A stretch of 60,716 nt of DNA from Betaproteobacteria bacterium (GCA_005884455.1 VBCH01000210.1:1-60716); one strand, 5' to 3'; positions 20,302-29,682 are shown, numbered from the stretch's first letter. The notes: generated by a model not told the origin, from the letters alone. Program-made: numbers and translations.

Positions 20302-21078
20302 ATGGCGAAGCTGATACTCAGTATGGACGGCCTGGTCCTCAAGGAGATCGCCCTGACCAAGGAACGTACCACCATCGGCCGCAAGCCACACAACGACATC
20401 CAGATCGACAATCTGGCAGTGAGCGGGGAACATGCCGTCATCGTCACCATCCTGCAGGACTCGTTTCTCGAGGATCTCGGCAGCACCAACGGCACCGTGG
20501 TCAACGGACAGCCGATCAAGAAGCACTTCCTCCAGAACAACGACATCATCGAGCTCGGCAAGTACAAGCTGAAGTACGTGAACGAAGCCGTGGCGGGGCA
20601 AGCCAAGGCAGCGGACTTCGAGAAGACCATGGTGCTCCGCCCCGGTTCGGTGAAGGCGGCTACCGCGGCGCCTGCCGCCTCCGCGCCGGCCGGCGCCGCA
20701 GCGGCGGCCCCTGTGGCGGCTGCCGCAGGCGCAAGAAATTTAAGCGACACCGTCGCAGGCCAAACTGCGACGGCCGCACCGGTCGCCCCCCCTAAGCCGG
20801 CAGCCGCGCCTCAAAAAAATGCGGCGCTGCAGCTTCTCTCCGGGGCGAATGCCGGCAAGGAGCTCGATCTCACCAAGCCGCTCACGACACTCGGTAAACC
20901 CGGCGTCCAAGTGGCCGTCATCACGCGCCGGCCACAGGGCTTTTTCATAACCCACGTAGAGGGGGCAAGCTTTCCGGTGGTGAACGGCAAGACCCTCGAC
21001 GCCCAAGCGCACTCCTTGAACGACCATGACGTGATCGAACTTGCCGGGGTCAAGATGGAATTCTTCCTCAAGACCTGA
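20302..21078 (+). CDS. Double FHA-domain protein with Ala/Pro-rich linker
   Basis: First FHA is near-canonical (IGR, VSGEHA, DLGSTNGT); linker with EKTMV and Ala/Pro runs; second FHA is degenerate. Confidence 0.92.
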   Translation: MAKLILSMDGLVLKEIALTKERTTIGRKPHNDIQIDNLAVSGEHAVIVTILQDSFLEDLGSTNGTVVNGQPIKKHFLQNNDIIELGKYKLKYVNEAVAGQAKAADFEKTMVLRPGSVKAATAAPAASAPAGAAAAAPVAAAAGARNLSDTVAGQTATAAPVAPPKPAAAPQKNAALQLLSGANAGKELDLTKPLTTLGKPGVQVAVITRRPQGFFITHVEGASFPVVNGKTLDAQAHSLNDHDVIELAGVKMEFFLKT

Positions 21079-21113
21079 GCCTCGGCTCCTCAGACCCGAT
21101 CCCGGGAGGAAGA

Positions 21114-23432
21114 CTGAAGCAGCACATCGTCCGGATCGCGCTCGGCCTGCTGGTAGTTCTGGTATTCGTAGGCCACGTCGTAGGAAATGCCTACAAGAGC
21201 TACCGCATCGGATTCATCAACCAGCTCGACCACATCATCTACGACTACCGGCTCCGGCTGACCATGCCGGGCACGCCCGACGACCGTATCGTCATCCTCG
21301 ACATCGACGAGCGCAGCCTGGATTCCCGAGCGCTCGGCCGCTGGCCTTGGAGTCGCGACAAGATCGTTGCACTGCTGCAAAAGCTTTTCGACAAATACGG
21401 CGTGCTCATAATCGGCTTGGACGTCGTATTTGCCGAACCCGACGAGAGCTCAGGCCTGCCGGTGCTCGAGAAGCTGGCCGGGACCCGGCTGAAGGACGTA
21501 GGGCCGTTCCAGTCGGCCCTGAAGGAATTGCGCCCGGCGCTCGACTACGACGCGAAGTTCTCGAATTTTCTCCGCGGCCGTCCGGTGGTTCTCGGCTACT
21601 ACTTCAATAGCGAAGAAAATGCGGTGGAAAACGGATCCCTTCCGGAGCCTGTTTTCCCGCCAGGCACGTTTGCCGGCAGGAAAATCGACTTCTTCGCGTG
21701 GAAAGGCTACGGCGCCAACTTGCCCGAGTTTGCCAAGGTAGCCAACGCCGGGCATTTCAACTCACGCGTGGACGATGATGGCGTGTCGCGGCGGGTTCCG
21801 ATGCTCGTGGAATACCCGCAACGCAACGGCAGCTACTACGAAGCCCTGTCGCTCGCGGTAGTGCGCCTGTATCTGGGCATGAAGGAAGCAGCTCGCGGCA
21901 AGATCGACACGGTTACCTTGCCCAAGGTAATCCCGGGGACGAACCCCGACCGCTTCATCTCCAAGACCTACACCGGTTTGGAGTGGCTTGAAGTCGGGCC
22001 GCTCAGAATCCCGGTAGACGATGAAGTCACCGCGCTGGTTCCCTATCGCGGTCCAAGGGGCAGCTTTCCGTATATTTCGTTTGCCGATATATGGTCGGAC
22101 AAAGTGCCGGTGGAAATGCTGAAGGGAAAGATCGCCTTGATCGGCGCTTCTGCCCCGGGCCTGTTCGATCTTCGCTCGGCCCCGGTGGGGGAGGGCGAGA
22201 CCTCCTCCGGGGTCAGGAAGGAAGGCAATGTCTATCCCGGGGTCGAGATTCACGCCAACCTCATCGCCGGGATACTCGACGGCAAACTGAAGCACAAACC
22301 GCCTTACATGCTCGGAGCGGAGCTGTTGGTGCTTGTCCTCGGCGGTATCGTGCTCGCCTTGCTCATACCGATGCTCGCGCCGCTTTGGGCCACCGCGACG
22401 ACGGTGACCGGGATGGCGCTCATCACGCTGTTCGACCTGTGGATGTGGTCCTACGCGGGCTTGGTGCTGCCGCTTGCCGCCTCAGTGCTCATGATAGTGA
22501 CCTTGTACACGGTCAACATGGCCTACGGATATTTCGTCGAGACGCGCTCGAAGCGCCAGTTCGCCGAGTTGTTCGGGCAATATGTGCCTCCCGAGCTTGT
22601 GGGCATCATGGCGGAAGACCCCGAGCAGTACACCATGGCGCCGAAGAGCACCGATCTCACGATACTATTTTCCGATGTGCGCGGCTTCACCAGCATATCG
22701 GAAGCGCTGAGTCCCGAGCACCTTCGCGAATACATCAACGAGTACCTCACCGACATGAGCAATATCATCCGCGGCAAGCACCGCGGCACGCTCGACAAGT
22801 ACATCGGCGACGCGATCATGGCCTTCTGGAACGCTCCGGTGGAAGATAAAGATCACCCGCGCAGCGCGGTTCTTGCGGCCCTGGAGATGCAGCGCGAGTG
22901 CGGTATGCTGAACAAGAAATTCACCGCGCGCGGCTGGCCGACCCTCAAGATCGGCATCGGCGTCAACACGGGGAACGTCCGGGTCGGGGACATGGGATCG
23001 AAGGAACGCAGGGCGTACACCGCGATGGGAGATGCCGTCAACGTCGCTTCCCGGCTGGAAGGGCGCACCAAGTACTACGGCGTGGGGATACTCGTCGGGG
23101 AAACAACGCGGACGCTGGTGAAGGACGTGGTTTTCAGGGAGATCGACAAGATCAAGGTGAAGGGCAAGGACGAGGCAATCACGATCTACGAGCCAGTGGG
23201 ACTGGAGTCCGAGGTCGAGAGGAAGGTTCTGGACGAGCTCAAGCTCTGGCACCAGACGATCAGGTCTTACCGCTCCCGCCAATGGGATCAGGTGGAGGTC
23301 AACCTCCTCAACCTCCTGCGCATGAACCCCGGGTGCGCTCTCTACGAGTTGTACGCGAAGGAAGTGGCGGTCAAGCGCAGAAACCCACCGCCAGCCGAAT
23401 GGGCAGGCGTTACCGTTTTCGACGAGAAATAA
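21114..23432 (+). CDS. CHASE2 class III adenylate cyclase; start probably CTG at 21114 (or 21075), upstream of the ORF-track ATG at 21264
   Basis: In-frame N-terminal TM (KQHIVRIALGLLVVLVFV) precedes 21264; CHASE2 (GRWPWSR), 3 TM, FSDVRGFT, DKYIGDA (Lys, ATP-specific), YTAMGDAVNVASRLE, VKGK. Confidence 0.93.
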   Translation: MKQHIVRIALGLLVVLVFVGHVVGNAYKSYRIGFINQLDHIIYDYRLRLTMPGTPDDRIVILDIDERSLDSRALGRWPWSRDKIVALLQKLFDKYGVLIIGLDVVFAEPDESSGLPVLEKLAGTRLKDVGPFQSALKELRPALDYDAKFSNFLRGRPVVLGYYFNSEENAVENGSLPEPVFPPGTFAGRKIDFFAWKGYGANLPEFAKVANAGHFNSRVDDDGVSRRVPMLVEYPQRNGSYYEALSLAVVRLYLGMKEAARGKIDTVTLPKVIPGTNPDRFISKTYTGLEWLEVGPLRIPVDDEVTALVPYRGPRGSFPYISFADIWSDKVPVEMLKGKIALIGASAPGLFDLRSAPVGEGETSSGVRKEGNVYPGVEIHANLIAGILDGKLKHKPPYMLGAELLVLVLGGIVLALLIPMLAPLWATATTVTGMALITLFDLWMWSYAGLVLPLAASVLMIVTLYTVNMAYGYFVETRSKRQFAELFGQYVPPELVGIMAEDPEQYTMAPKSTDLTILFSDVRGFTSISEALSPEHLREYINEYLTDMSNIIRGKHRGTLDKYIGDAIMAFWNAPVEDKDHPRSAVLAALEMQRECGMLNKKFTARGWPTLKIGIGVNTGNVRVGDMGSKERRAYTAMGDAVNVASRLEGRTKYYGVGILVGETTRTLVKDVVFREIDKIKVKGKDEAITIYEPVGLESEVERKVLDELKLWHQTIRSYRSRQWDQVEVNLLNLLRMNPGCALYELYAKEVAVKRRNPPPAEWAGVTVFDEK

Positions 23433-23447
23433 CGGGGGCGCCGTTCC

Positions 23448-24215
23448 ATGAAGCTGCGAATCCTGGGGTGCAGCGGCGGAATAGGAGGCCGGCATTTGCG
23501 CACCACCTCGATGCTCCTGGACAACGACATTCTCATCGACGCCGGGACGGGGGTCGCCGACCTTTCGCTCACCGAACTCTCTCTCATCGATCACATTTTT
23601 CTCACGCACTCGCACCTCGATCACGTCGCGAGCATTCCGTTCATGGTCGATACCGTCGGAGGGATGCGTGACCAGCCGGTCACGCTTTGGGCCGTTCCGG
23701 CAACGCTGGAGATCTTGCGCAGTCACATCTTCAACTGGAGCATCTGGCCCGATTTCGCTCAGATCCCGAGCCCCGAAAAACCCTTCCTTCGATACCGCGA
23801 GATCCAGGTCGGTGACACGGTCGAGCTGAAAAAGCGCAAGCTCACAGCGCTGCCGGCAAATCATGTCGTGCCGGCAGTCGGTTATCACCTCGATTCCGGC
23901 AGGGAAAGCCTGGTGTTTACCGGCGACACTACGACCAACGACCCCCTTTGGGCGGTGGTCAACAAGATTTCCAACCTGAAGTATCTGATCATCGAGACCG
24001 CCTTTTGCAACCGCGAAAGGGAGTTGGCGGTCATTTCGAAGCACCTTTGTCCGAGCATGCTCGCCGAGGAGCTCGCAAAACTCGAACGTAGCGCGGAGAT
24101 CTATATCACGCACCTGAAGCCCGGCGAAATCGAGCTCACGATGCAGGAAATCGAGGAGGACGCCGGTCAATACCGACCGCGCATGCTGCAAAACAATCAA
24201 GTTTTCGAGTTTTGA
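23448..24215 (+). CDS. MBL-fold (class II-like) 3',5'-cyclic nucleotide phosphodiesterase
   Basis: LGCSGG, IDAGT, THSHLDH, HIFNWSIWPDF, FTGDT, ITHLKP; follows the cyclase. Confidence 0.85.
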   Translation: MKLRILGCSGGIGGRHLRTTSMLLDNDILIDAGTGVADLSLTELSLIDHIFLTHSHLDHVASIPFMVDTVGGMRDQPVTLWAVPATLEILRSHIFNWSIWPDFAQIPSPEKPFLRYREIQVGDTVELKKRKLTALPANHVVPAVGYHLDSGRESLVFTGDTTTNDPLWAVVNKISNLKYLIIETAFCNRERELAVISKHLCPSMLAEELAKLERSAEIYITHLKPGEIELTMQEIEEDAGQYRPRMLQNNQVFEF

Positions 24216-24233
24216 GGAGCGGGGGAACGCGCG

Positions 24234-25316
24234 ATGGGCGCAAACAGAGTACGCATCGAGACGCTGAAGACTCTTGAACCTGTGGCTTCGCTGCCCGAAG
24301 CAAGGCTCCATGAACTCGTCGGTCTCTGTCACGTAGAGACCGCGAGCAAGAATTCGAATCCGTTTCTCGTGCGCGGGATCGCGGACCAGGCGGTTTATCT
24401 ACTGCGTGGAGAGCTCGTGCTCACCTATCCGGATGGATCTTCGAAAGTGCTGGTAGGGGGCTCCGAGCGTTCGCGATATCCACTGGGTAGGCGGGGGGGG
24501 GATGCTTTCACCAGCGCCAAGGCGATCACCGACGTCGAGCTGATGCGCATCGACGACGACCTTCTCGACGTCATGGCGACCTGGGATGAAGCCGCGTCCG
24601 CCGGCCACTCGGAAAGGCAGGAGAGGCGGGAGACCGAGGGGAGTTCACTCGCCAGCTGGACGCTCATGTCCGGAATGTTCAGCGTTAGCAGCCTCAAATA
24701 CGGCGAGTTCTCGCGGCTTCCGCCGGCCCACATCAACGAGCTGCTGCGCCGTTTCGAGCGCATTAACGTCAAAAAGGGAGACGCGGTGATTCGCGAGGGC
24801 GCTGAAGGGGACTTCTACTTCGTGATCGAAACCGGCCGCTGCAAGGTCGAACGGATGGTCGGAGGAGTCACGATGCTGCTCGCCGAGCTGAAAAGTGGCG
24901 ATGCGTTCGGCGAGGAAGCGCTGGTGTCGGAAGCCAGGCGAAACGCCACCGTTACGATGAAGACGGACGGAGCGCTCCTGCGGCTGTCCAGGAAGGACTT
25001 TGCCGCGCTCCTCCGGGAGCCGCTGCTGCACCGCCTCTCGGCACAGGAGGCACGCGACAAGATCGCCAATGGAGCCCAGTGGATCGATGTGCGCTATCCA
25101 TCGGAATATCAATACGACAAGCTTGCGGGGGCCATCAACATTCCCTTGTCGGAGATCCGCAACGCATTCGGCGTGCTGGACAAAGGGAAAGAGTACGTGC
25201 TCTATTGCCAGAGCGGCCGACGCAGCGCTGCCGCGGCATTTCTCCTCGCTCAGCGCGGGTATCGCGCGTTCGTGCTCGCGGGTGGACTCTGGGGGGAGAC
25301 GAAGCGTGGAGCATGA
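24234..25316 (+). CDS. Tandem cNMP-binding domain plus rhodanese protein
   Basis: Second cNMP domain FGEEAL...RNATV; rhodanese IDVR...GAINIP...YCQSGRRS...LAGG. Confidence 0.9.
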   Translation: MGANRVRIETLKTLEPVASLPEARLHELVGLCHVETASKNSNPFLVRGIADQAVYLLRGELVLTYPDGSSKVLVGGSERSRYPLGRRGGDAFTSAKAITDVELMRIDDDLLDVMATWDEAASAGHSERQERRETEGSSLASWTLMSGMFSVSSLKYGEFSRLPPAHINELLRRFERINVKKGDAVIREGAEGDFYFVIETGRCKVERMVGGVTMLLAELKSGDAFGEEALVSEARRNATVTMKTDGALLRLSRKDFAALLREPLLHRLSAQEARDKIANGAQWIDVRYPSEYQYDKLAGAINIPLSEIRNAFGVLDKGKEYVLYCQSGRRSAAAAFLLAQRGYRAFVLAGGLWGETKRGA

Positions 25317-25555
25317 GGAGACCGGAGAAGCCTCGCGCGCCGAGCTTCGCCCGCTGAGCGGCGCTCGGATCCCGGCAGGCGCGATTCTCGCTTGGCGACG
25401 AAGCGGGCGGTCGGGCCGGCTTTGCAGTGCCTTGGGCCTTTCGGAGCCGGTGTGTGGAAAACGCCCTCGCCGGGGGCAGCCTCGACGGCTGAACAGTGGT
25501 AAAGTAATTGATTATCAGGATATTTCATGATGATGAACCTTAAGGTGGATTGCCT

Positions 25556-27925
25556 ATGAGCGCGGTATTGCAAACGCATCCGGGCGCTGCTTCAGACGTC
25601 AATAGCAGGCTGACGTTTCAGAAGAATCTCCAGACCGTCACCAACAAGATCCACGCCACGAGCAACGTGGACGAAATCATGCTGGAAGTCAGCGCCGACA
25701 TTTGTACCCTCTTCAACGCCGACCGGCTGACGATCTATACCGTGGGTGAGGACAAACAGACCATCGTCTCCAAGGTCAAGACCGGCCTCAACTCCTTCAA
25801 GGATCTCAAGCTGCCGATCGCCGAACACTCGATCGCGGGCTACGTCGGGTTGTCGAAGAGGATGCTCAACCTGAGGGACGTGTACGACGAGGGCGAGCTC
25901 AAGTCGCACAACCCGAACCTGCGCTTCCTGCAGGAAGTCGACAAGCGCACCGGTTATCGCACTAAGCAGATGCTAGTCGCGCCCGTTGCGGAGCCGGGCA
26001 GCAGCGAACTCGTCGGCGTGGTCCAGTTGATCAACAACAGGGCGGGCGTGCCGTTCGGACAGCTGGCCGAGGAGGGGGTGGCGGAACTCTGCCAGACGCT
26101 GGCCATCGCGCTCAAGCAGCGCCAAAAGCCGCAGGTCCTCAAGACGAAGTACGACTTTCTGGTGAGCGATGCCGTGATCTCGGCCGCCGAGTTCGAGCTC
26201 GCGGCGCGGTCGGCACGCAAGAAGGCCGTCGACGTCGAGACGGTGCTGATCGAGGAGTTCCAGGTCAAGATTCCCGCGATCGGCGCGGCCCTTGCGAAGT
26301 TCTTCGGAGTGCCGTACGAACCGTTCAAGCCCGACCGCATCAAACCGATGGATCTGCTGAAAAACCTGAAACGCGATTACGTCGAGTCCAACCAGTGGGT
26401 ACCGATCGAGGAAGCGAAGGAAGGTCTGGTCATCCTTTGTCTCGACCCCGAGAGGGTGAAGAGCTCCAGAATCGTCCAGAATGTCTTTGCGGCGCGCAAG
26501 CTCGCGTATCGAGTTACGACTCTCAAAGAGTTCAGGGAAACGCTCAAGGCGTTCTACGGGGCGGAAGCCGCCGACACCGGCGACATCGGCGACATGCTTT
26601 CGGATCTCGAAGAGGACGAGATTCCCGAGGTGGTCGGCGGCGACGACGATGTGTCTGCAGCGGCCGACAACGAGCTGGTCAAGCTGGTCAACAAGATCAT
26701 CATCGATGCGTACAACCAGGGAGCGTCAGACATTCACATCGAGCCCTACCCCGGCAAAGGCAAGACCGAGATCAGGCTGAGGAAGGACGGAACGCTGGTT
26801 CCCTATATCGAGGTCCCGGGTTCCTACCGAAACGCGATGGTGGCGCGCATCAAGATCATGTGCGATCTCGACATTTCCGAGAAGCGCAAGCCGCAGGACG
26901 GGAAAATCAAATTCAAGAAATTCGGACCGCTCGATATCGAGCTGCGCGTGGCGACGATCCCGTCCCAAGGCGGGGTCGAAGACATCGTCATGCGTATCCT
27001 CGCGGCGGGGGAGCCCATCCCCCTGGACAAGCTCGGCCTTTCGCCTTCCAATCTGCCAAAGCTCAAGGAAACGGTGAGCAAGCCTTACGGGCTGTTCTTT
27101 TGCTGCGGTCCGACGGGCTCGGGGAAGACGACGACGCTCCACTCGGTACTGGGTTTTCTCAACACACCAGATACCAAGATCTGGACGGCGGAGGATCCGG
27201 TCGAAATCACGCAGAAGGGCCTGCGTCAGGTCCAGGTCAACAAGAAGGCCGGCCTCGATTTCGCAGTCGTGATGAAATCGTTTCTGCGGGCCGATCCCGA
27301 CATCATCATGGTCGGCGAGATGCGCGACAAGGAAACCACGTCCACGGGCATAGAAGCGTCGCTGACAGGCCACCTCGTGTTCGCCACCTTGCACACGAAC
27401 AGCGCGCCGGAGTCGATCACCCGGTTGCTGGACATGGGCATGGACCCCTTCAACTTTGCCGATGCGCTGCTCGGGATCCTTGCGCAGCGGCTGGCAAAGC
27501 GTCTGTGCGGCAAATGCAAGCAAGCTTACTCGCCGGGCGCTGACGAAATGAAGCACATGCTCCAGGAATACTGCTCCGAGCTGCTCAACACCGGACCGTT
27601 CAAGAGGGACGCCAAGTCCGCCTACGAGAACGTCTACCGGGATTTGGCGAGAAGCTACGCCGGCGACAAAGGTCACTTCACGCTCTATCGGGCCAAGGGC
27701 TGCGACGCCTGCGGCAATTCCGGCTACAAAGGCCGGGTCGGCCTCCATGAACTACTGATCGCCTCCGACACTCTCAAGAAGCTTATCCAGGAGCACGCGC
27801 GTGTCGCGGAAATCCTCGCTGTCAGTCTCGAGGAAGGCATGCGAACCCTGAAGATGGATGGGATCGAAAAGGTACTTCAGGGAATTACCGACATGCCGCA
27901 GGTGCGCGCGGTCTGCATCAAGTAG
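25556..27925 (+). CDS. GAF-domain GspE/PilB family assembly ATPase
   Basis: N-terminal GAF (DKRTGYRTKQML..P..GVVQLIN); ASDIHIEP, EKRKPQDG, GPTGSGKTTT, EDPVE, DPDIIMVGEMRD, TGHLVFATLHTN, CGKC/CDAC. Confidence 0.93.
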   Translation: MSAVLQTHPGAASDVNSRLTFQKNLQTVTNKIHATSNVDEIMLEVSADICTLFNADRLTIYTVGEDKQTIVSKVKTGLNSFKDLKLPIAEHSIAGYVGLSKRMLNLRDVYDEGELKSHNPNLRFLQEVDKRTGYRTKQMLVAPVAEPGSSELVGVVQLINNRAGVPFGQLAEEGVAELCQTLAIALKQRQKPQVLKTKYDFLVSDAVISAAEFELAARSARKKAVDVETVLIEEFQVKIPAIGAALAKFFGVPYEPFKPDRIKPMDLLKNLKRDYVESNQWVPIEEAKEGLVILCLDPERVKSSRIVQNVFAARKLAYRVTTLKEFRETLKAFYGAEAADTGDIGDMLSDLEEDEIPEVVGGDDDVSAAADNELVKLVNKIIIDAYNQGASDIHIEPYPGKGKTEIRLRKDGTLVPYIEVPGSYRNAMVARIKIMCDLDISEKRKPQDGKIKFKKFGPLDIELRVATIPSQGGVEDIVMRILAAGEPIPLDKLGLSPSNLPKLKETVSKPYGLFFCCGPTGSGKTTTLHSVLGFLNTPDTKIWTAEDPVEITQKGLRQVQVNKKAGLDFAVVMKSFLRADPDIIMVGEMRDKETTSTGIEASLTGHLVFATLHTNSAPESITRLLDMGMDPFNFADALLGILAQRLAKRLCGKCKQAYSPGADEMKHMLQEYCSELLNTGPFKRDAKSAYENVYRDLARSYAGDKGHFTLYRAKGCDACGNSGYKGRVGLHELLIASDTLKKLIQEHARVAEILAVSLEEGMRTLKMDGIEKVLQGITDMPQVRAVCIK

Positions 27926-27968
27926 CGGGTCGCTCCACGCGGGCTGCCGCCCAGACCGGGGATTGCTC

Positions 27969-29624
27969 TTGGAGACCGTTGAAGATCTGTTTCGCCGCCT
28001 CGAGCAACTCAACGAGATAGGCGCGGCGCTGTCCCAGGAAAAGGACATCGACCACCTGCTCGAGAAAATCCTCCTTGCGGCGAAGGCGATCACGCGCGCG
28101 GCCGGCGGCACCTTGTACGTGCTGGAGCCCTCCGACGAGGGACCACAGCTCAGGTTTGCGATCATGCGAAACGAGGCTATGGGCATCGCGATGGGCGGGA
28201 CCACCGGCAACCCGATACCGTTCTATCCGGTGCACCTCTACGGAAAGGACGGAACACCGAACAACCAGATGGTCGCCGCCTACACCGCCCTAACTGGCAA
28301 GACGGTGAATATCGCCGATGCATATTCGGGAGAGGGTTTCGATTTCTCCGGGACGCGCAATTTCGACAAGAAGACCGGGTACCGCTCGAAGGCCTTCCTC
28401 ACGGTGCCGATGAAGAACCACGAAAGCGAGATAATCGGCGTCCTTCAGCTTATCAACAGCGTGGATCCCGCGACGAACGAGATCGGGCCTTTCTCGCATT
28501 CGGACCAGCGCCTCGCGGAATCGCTCGCTTCTCAGGCCGCCATCGCGCTCACCAATCGCAACCTCATCAATCAATTGGAGGAGCTGTTCGAGTCCTTCAT
28601 AGAGCTCATCAACACCGCGATCGACGAAAAGTCCAAGTATACCGGCGGACACTGCCAGCGTGTCCCGGTGCTCACCATGATGCTTGCCGAAGCCGTCAAT
28701 GAGACGACTGAAGGGCCGCTCGGAAACTTCAACATGAGCGAGAAGGACCGTTACGAGCTGAAAATAGCGGGCATGCTGCATGACTGCGGGAAAGTTACGA
28801 CGCCTGTCCACGTCGTGGACAAGGCGACCAAACTGGAAACAATCTTCGACCGCATCAGTCTCGTCGACACGCGGTTCGAAGTGCTGAAACGGGATCTGGA
28901 AATCGCCGCGTTGAAGGAGAAGCTTAAGCTCCTTGGCGAATCGGCGCTGGATGAGGTGGTTGCGCGCAAGCGGTTCGCCCAAATCGATCAGACGTTGCGG
29001 GACAGGTTGCGCCAAGTCGATGCCGATCGCGAATTTCTGCGTCACGCCAATGTCGGAGGTGAGGCCATGGCCCCTGAAGAGCGGGAAAGAGTGAACCGGA
29101 TCGGCACCGAGTACAAGTGGATCGACGTTTCAGGAGGGACGGCGGATTTCCTCACCGATGATGAAATCAAGAATCTTACGATCTCGCGGGGTACGCTCAC
29201 CGACGAGGAGCGCGAGAAGATCAATCACCATATCGTTGCGACCATCAAGATGCTGGAAGCGCTGCCGTGGCCGAAGCATCTGAGTCACGTACCGGAGTAC
29301 GCCGGGGGTCACCACGAGCGCATGGACGGGAAGGGTTATCCTCGTGGATTGAAGCGGGAGCAGATGTCGGTGCAGGCGAGAGTCATGGGGATCGCGGATA
29401 TTTTCGAGGCGCTGACCGCCAAGGACAGACCTTACAAGCGCGGCAAGACGCTTTCCGAGTCGTTGAAGATCCTCGGGAACTTCAGGCTGAACGGACATAT
29501 CGACCCGGATTTGTTCGACATATTTGTCCGCAAGAAGATCTATCTCCGCTACGCCGAGCAATTTCTCGATCCCGATCAGATCGACGAGGTCGACGAAAGC
29601 AGAATACCCGGATTTGCCGCTTGA
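27969..29624 (+). CDS. GAF plus HD-GYP phosphodiesterase (start approximate, TTG at 27963 or 27969)
   Basis: GAF FDKKTGYRSKAFLTVP; YTGGHC.RV, LHDCGK, HHERMDGKGYP, ADIFEAL. Confidence 0.92.
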   Translation: METVEDLFRRLEQLNEIGAALSQEKDIDHLLEKILLAAKAITRAAGGTLYVLEPSDEGPQLRFAIMRNEAMGIAMGGTTGNPIPFYPVHLYGKDGTPNNQMVAAYTALTGKTVNIADAYSGEGFDFSGTRNFDKKTGYRSKAFLTVPMKNHESEIIGVLQLINSVDPATNEIGPFSHSDQRLAESLASQAAIALTNRNLINQLEELFESFIELINTAIDEKSKYTGGHCQRVPVLTMMLAEAVNETTEGPLGNFNMSEKDRYELKIAGMLHDCGKVTTPVHVVDKATKLETIFDRISLVDTRFEVLKRDLEIAALKEKLKLLGESALDEVVARKRFAQIDQTLRDRLRQVDADREFLRHANVGGEAMAPEERERVNRIGTEYKWIDVSGGTADFLTDDEIKNLTISRGTLTDEEREKINHHIVATIKMLEALPWPKHLSHVPEYAGGHHERMDGKGYPRGLKREQMSVQARVMGIADIFEALTAKDRPYKRGKTLSESLKILGNFRLNGHIDPDLFDIFVRKKIYLRYAEQFLDPDQIDEVDESRIPGFAA

Positions 29625-29682
29625 TCCCGCTCGACCCGACATCGGTCGCCGGGATTGGCGCTCCTTCTGGATTCCATCGATG

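Noticed and set aside
20640-20815. GCN-rich quasi-repeats
   Set aside because: Encode the Ala/Pro linker of the FHA protein; not a DNA repeat array
16856-21078. Type VI secretion locus suggested by the kinase-PP2C-FHA triad
   Set aside because: No tss, hcp, vgrG or clpV genes in the window; the context is cyclic-nucleotide signalling and pilus genes
25317-25555. GC-rich spacer with an AT-rich IHF-like tract before the GAF-ATPase gene
   Set aside because: Probably an internal promoter region, but the IHF match is imperfect and no convincing RNA structure or ORF was found
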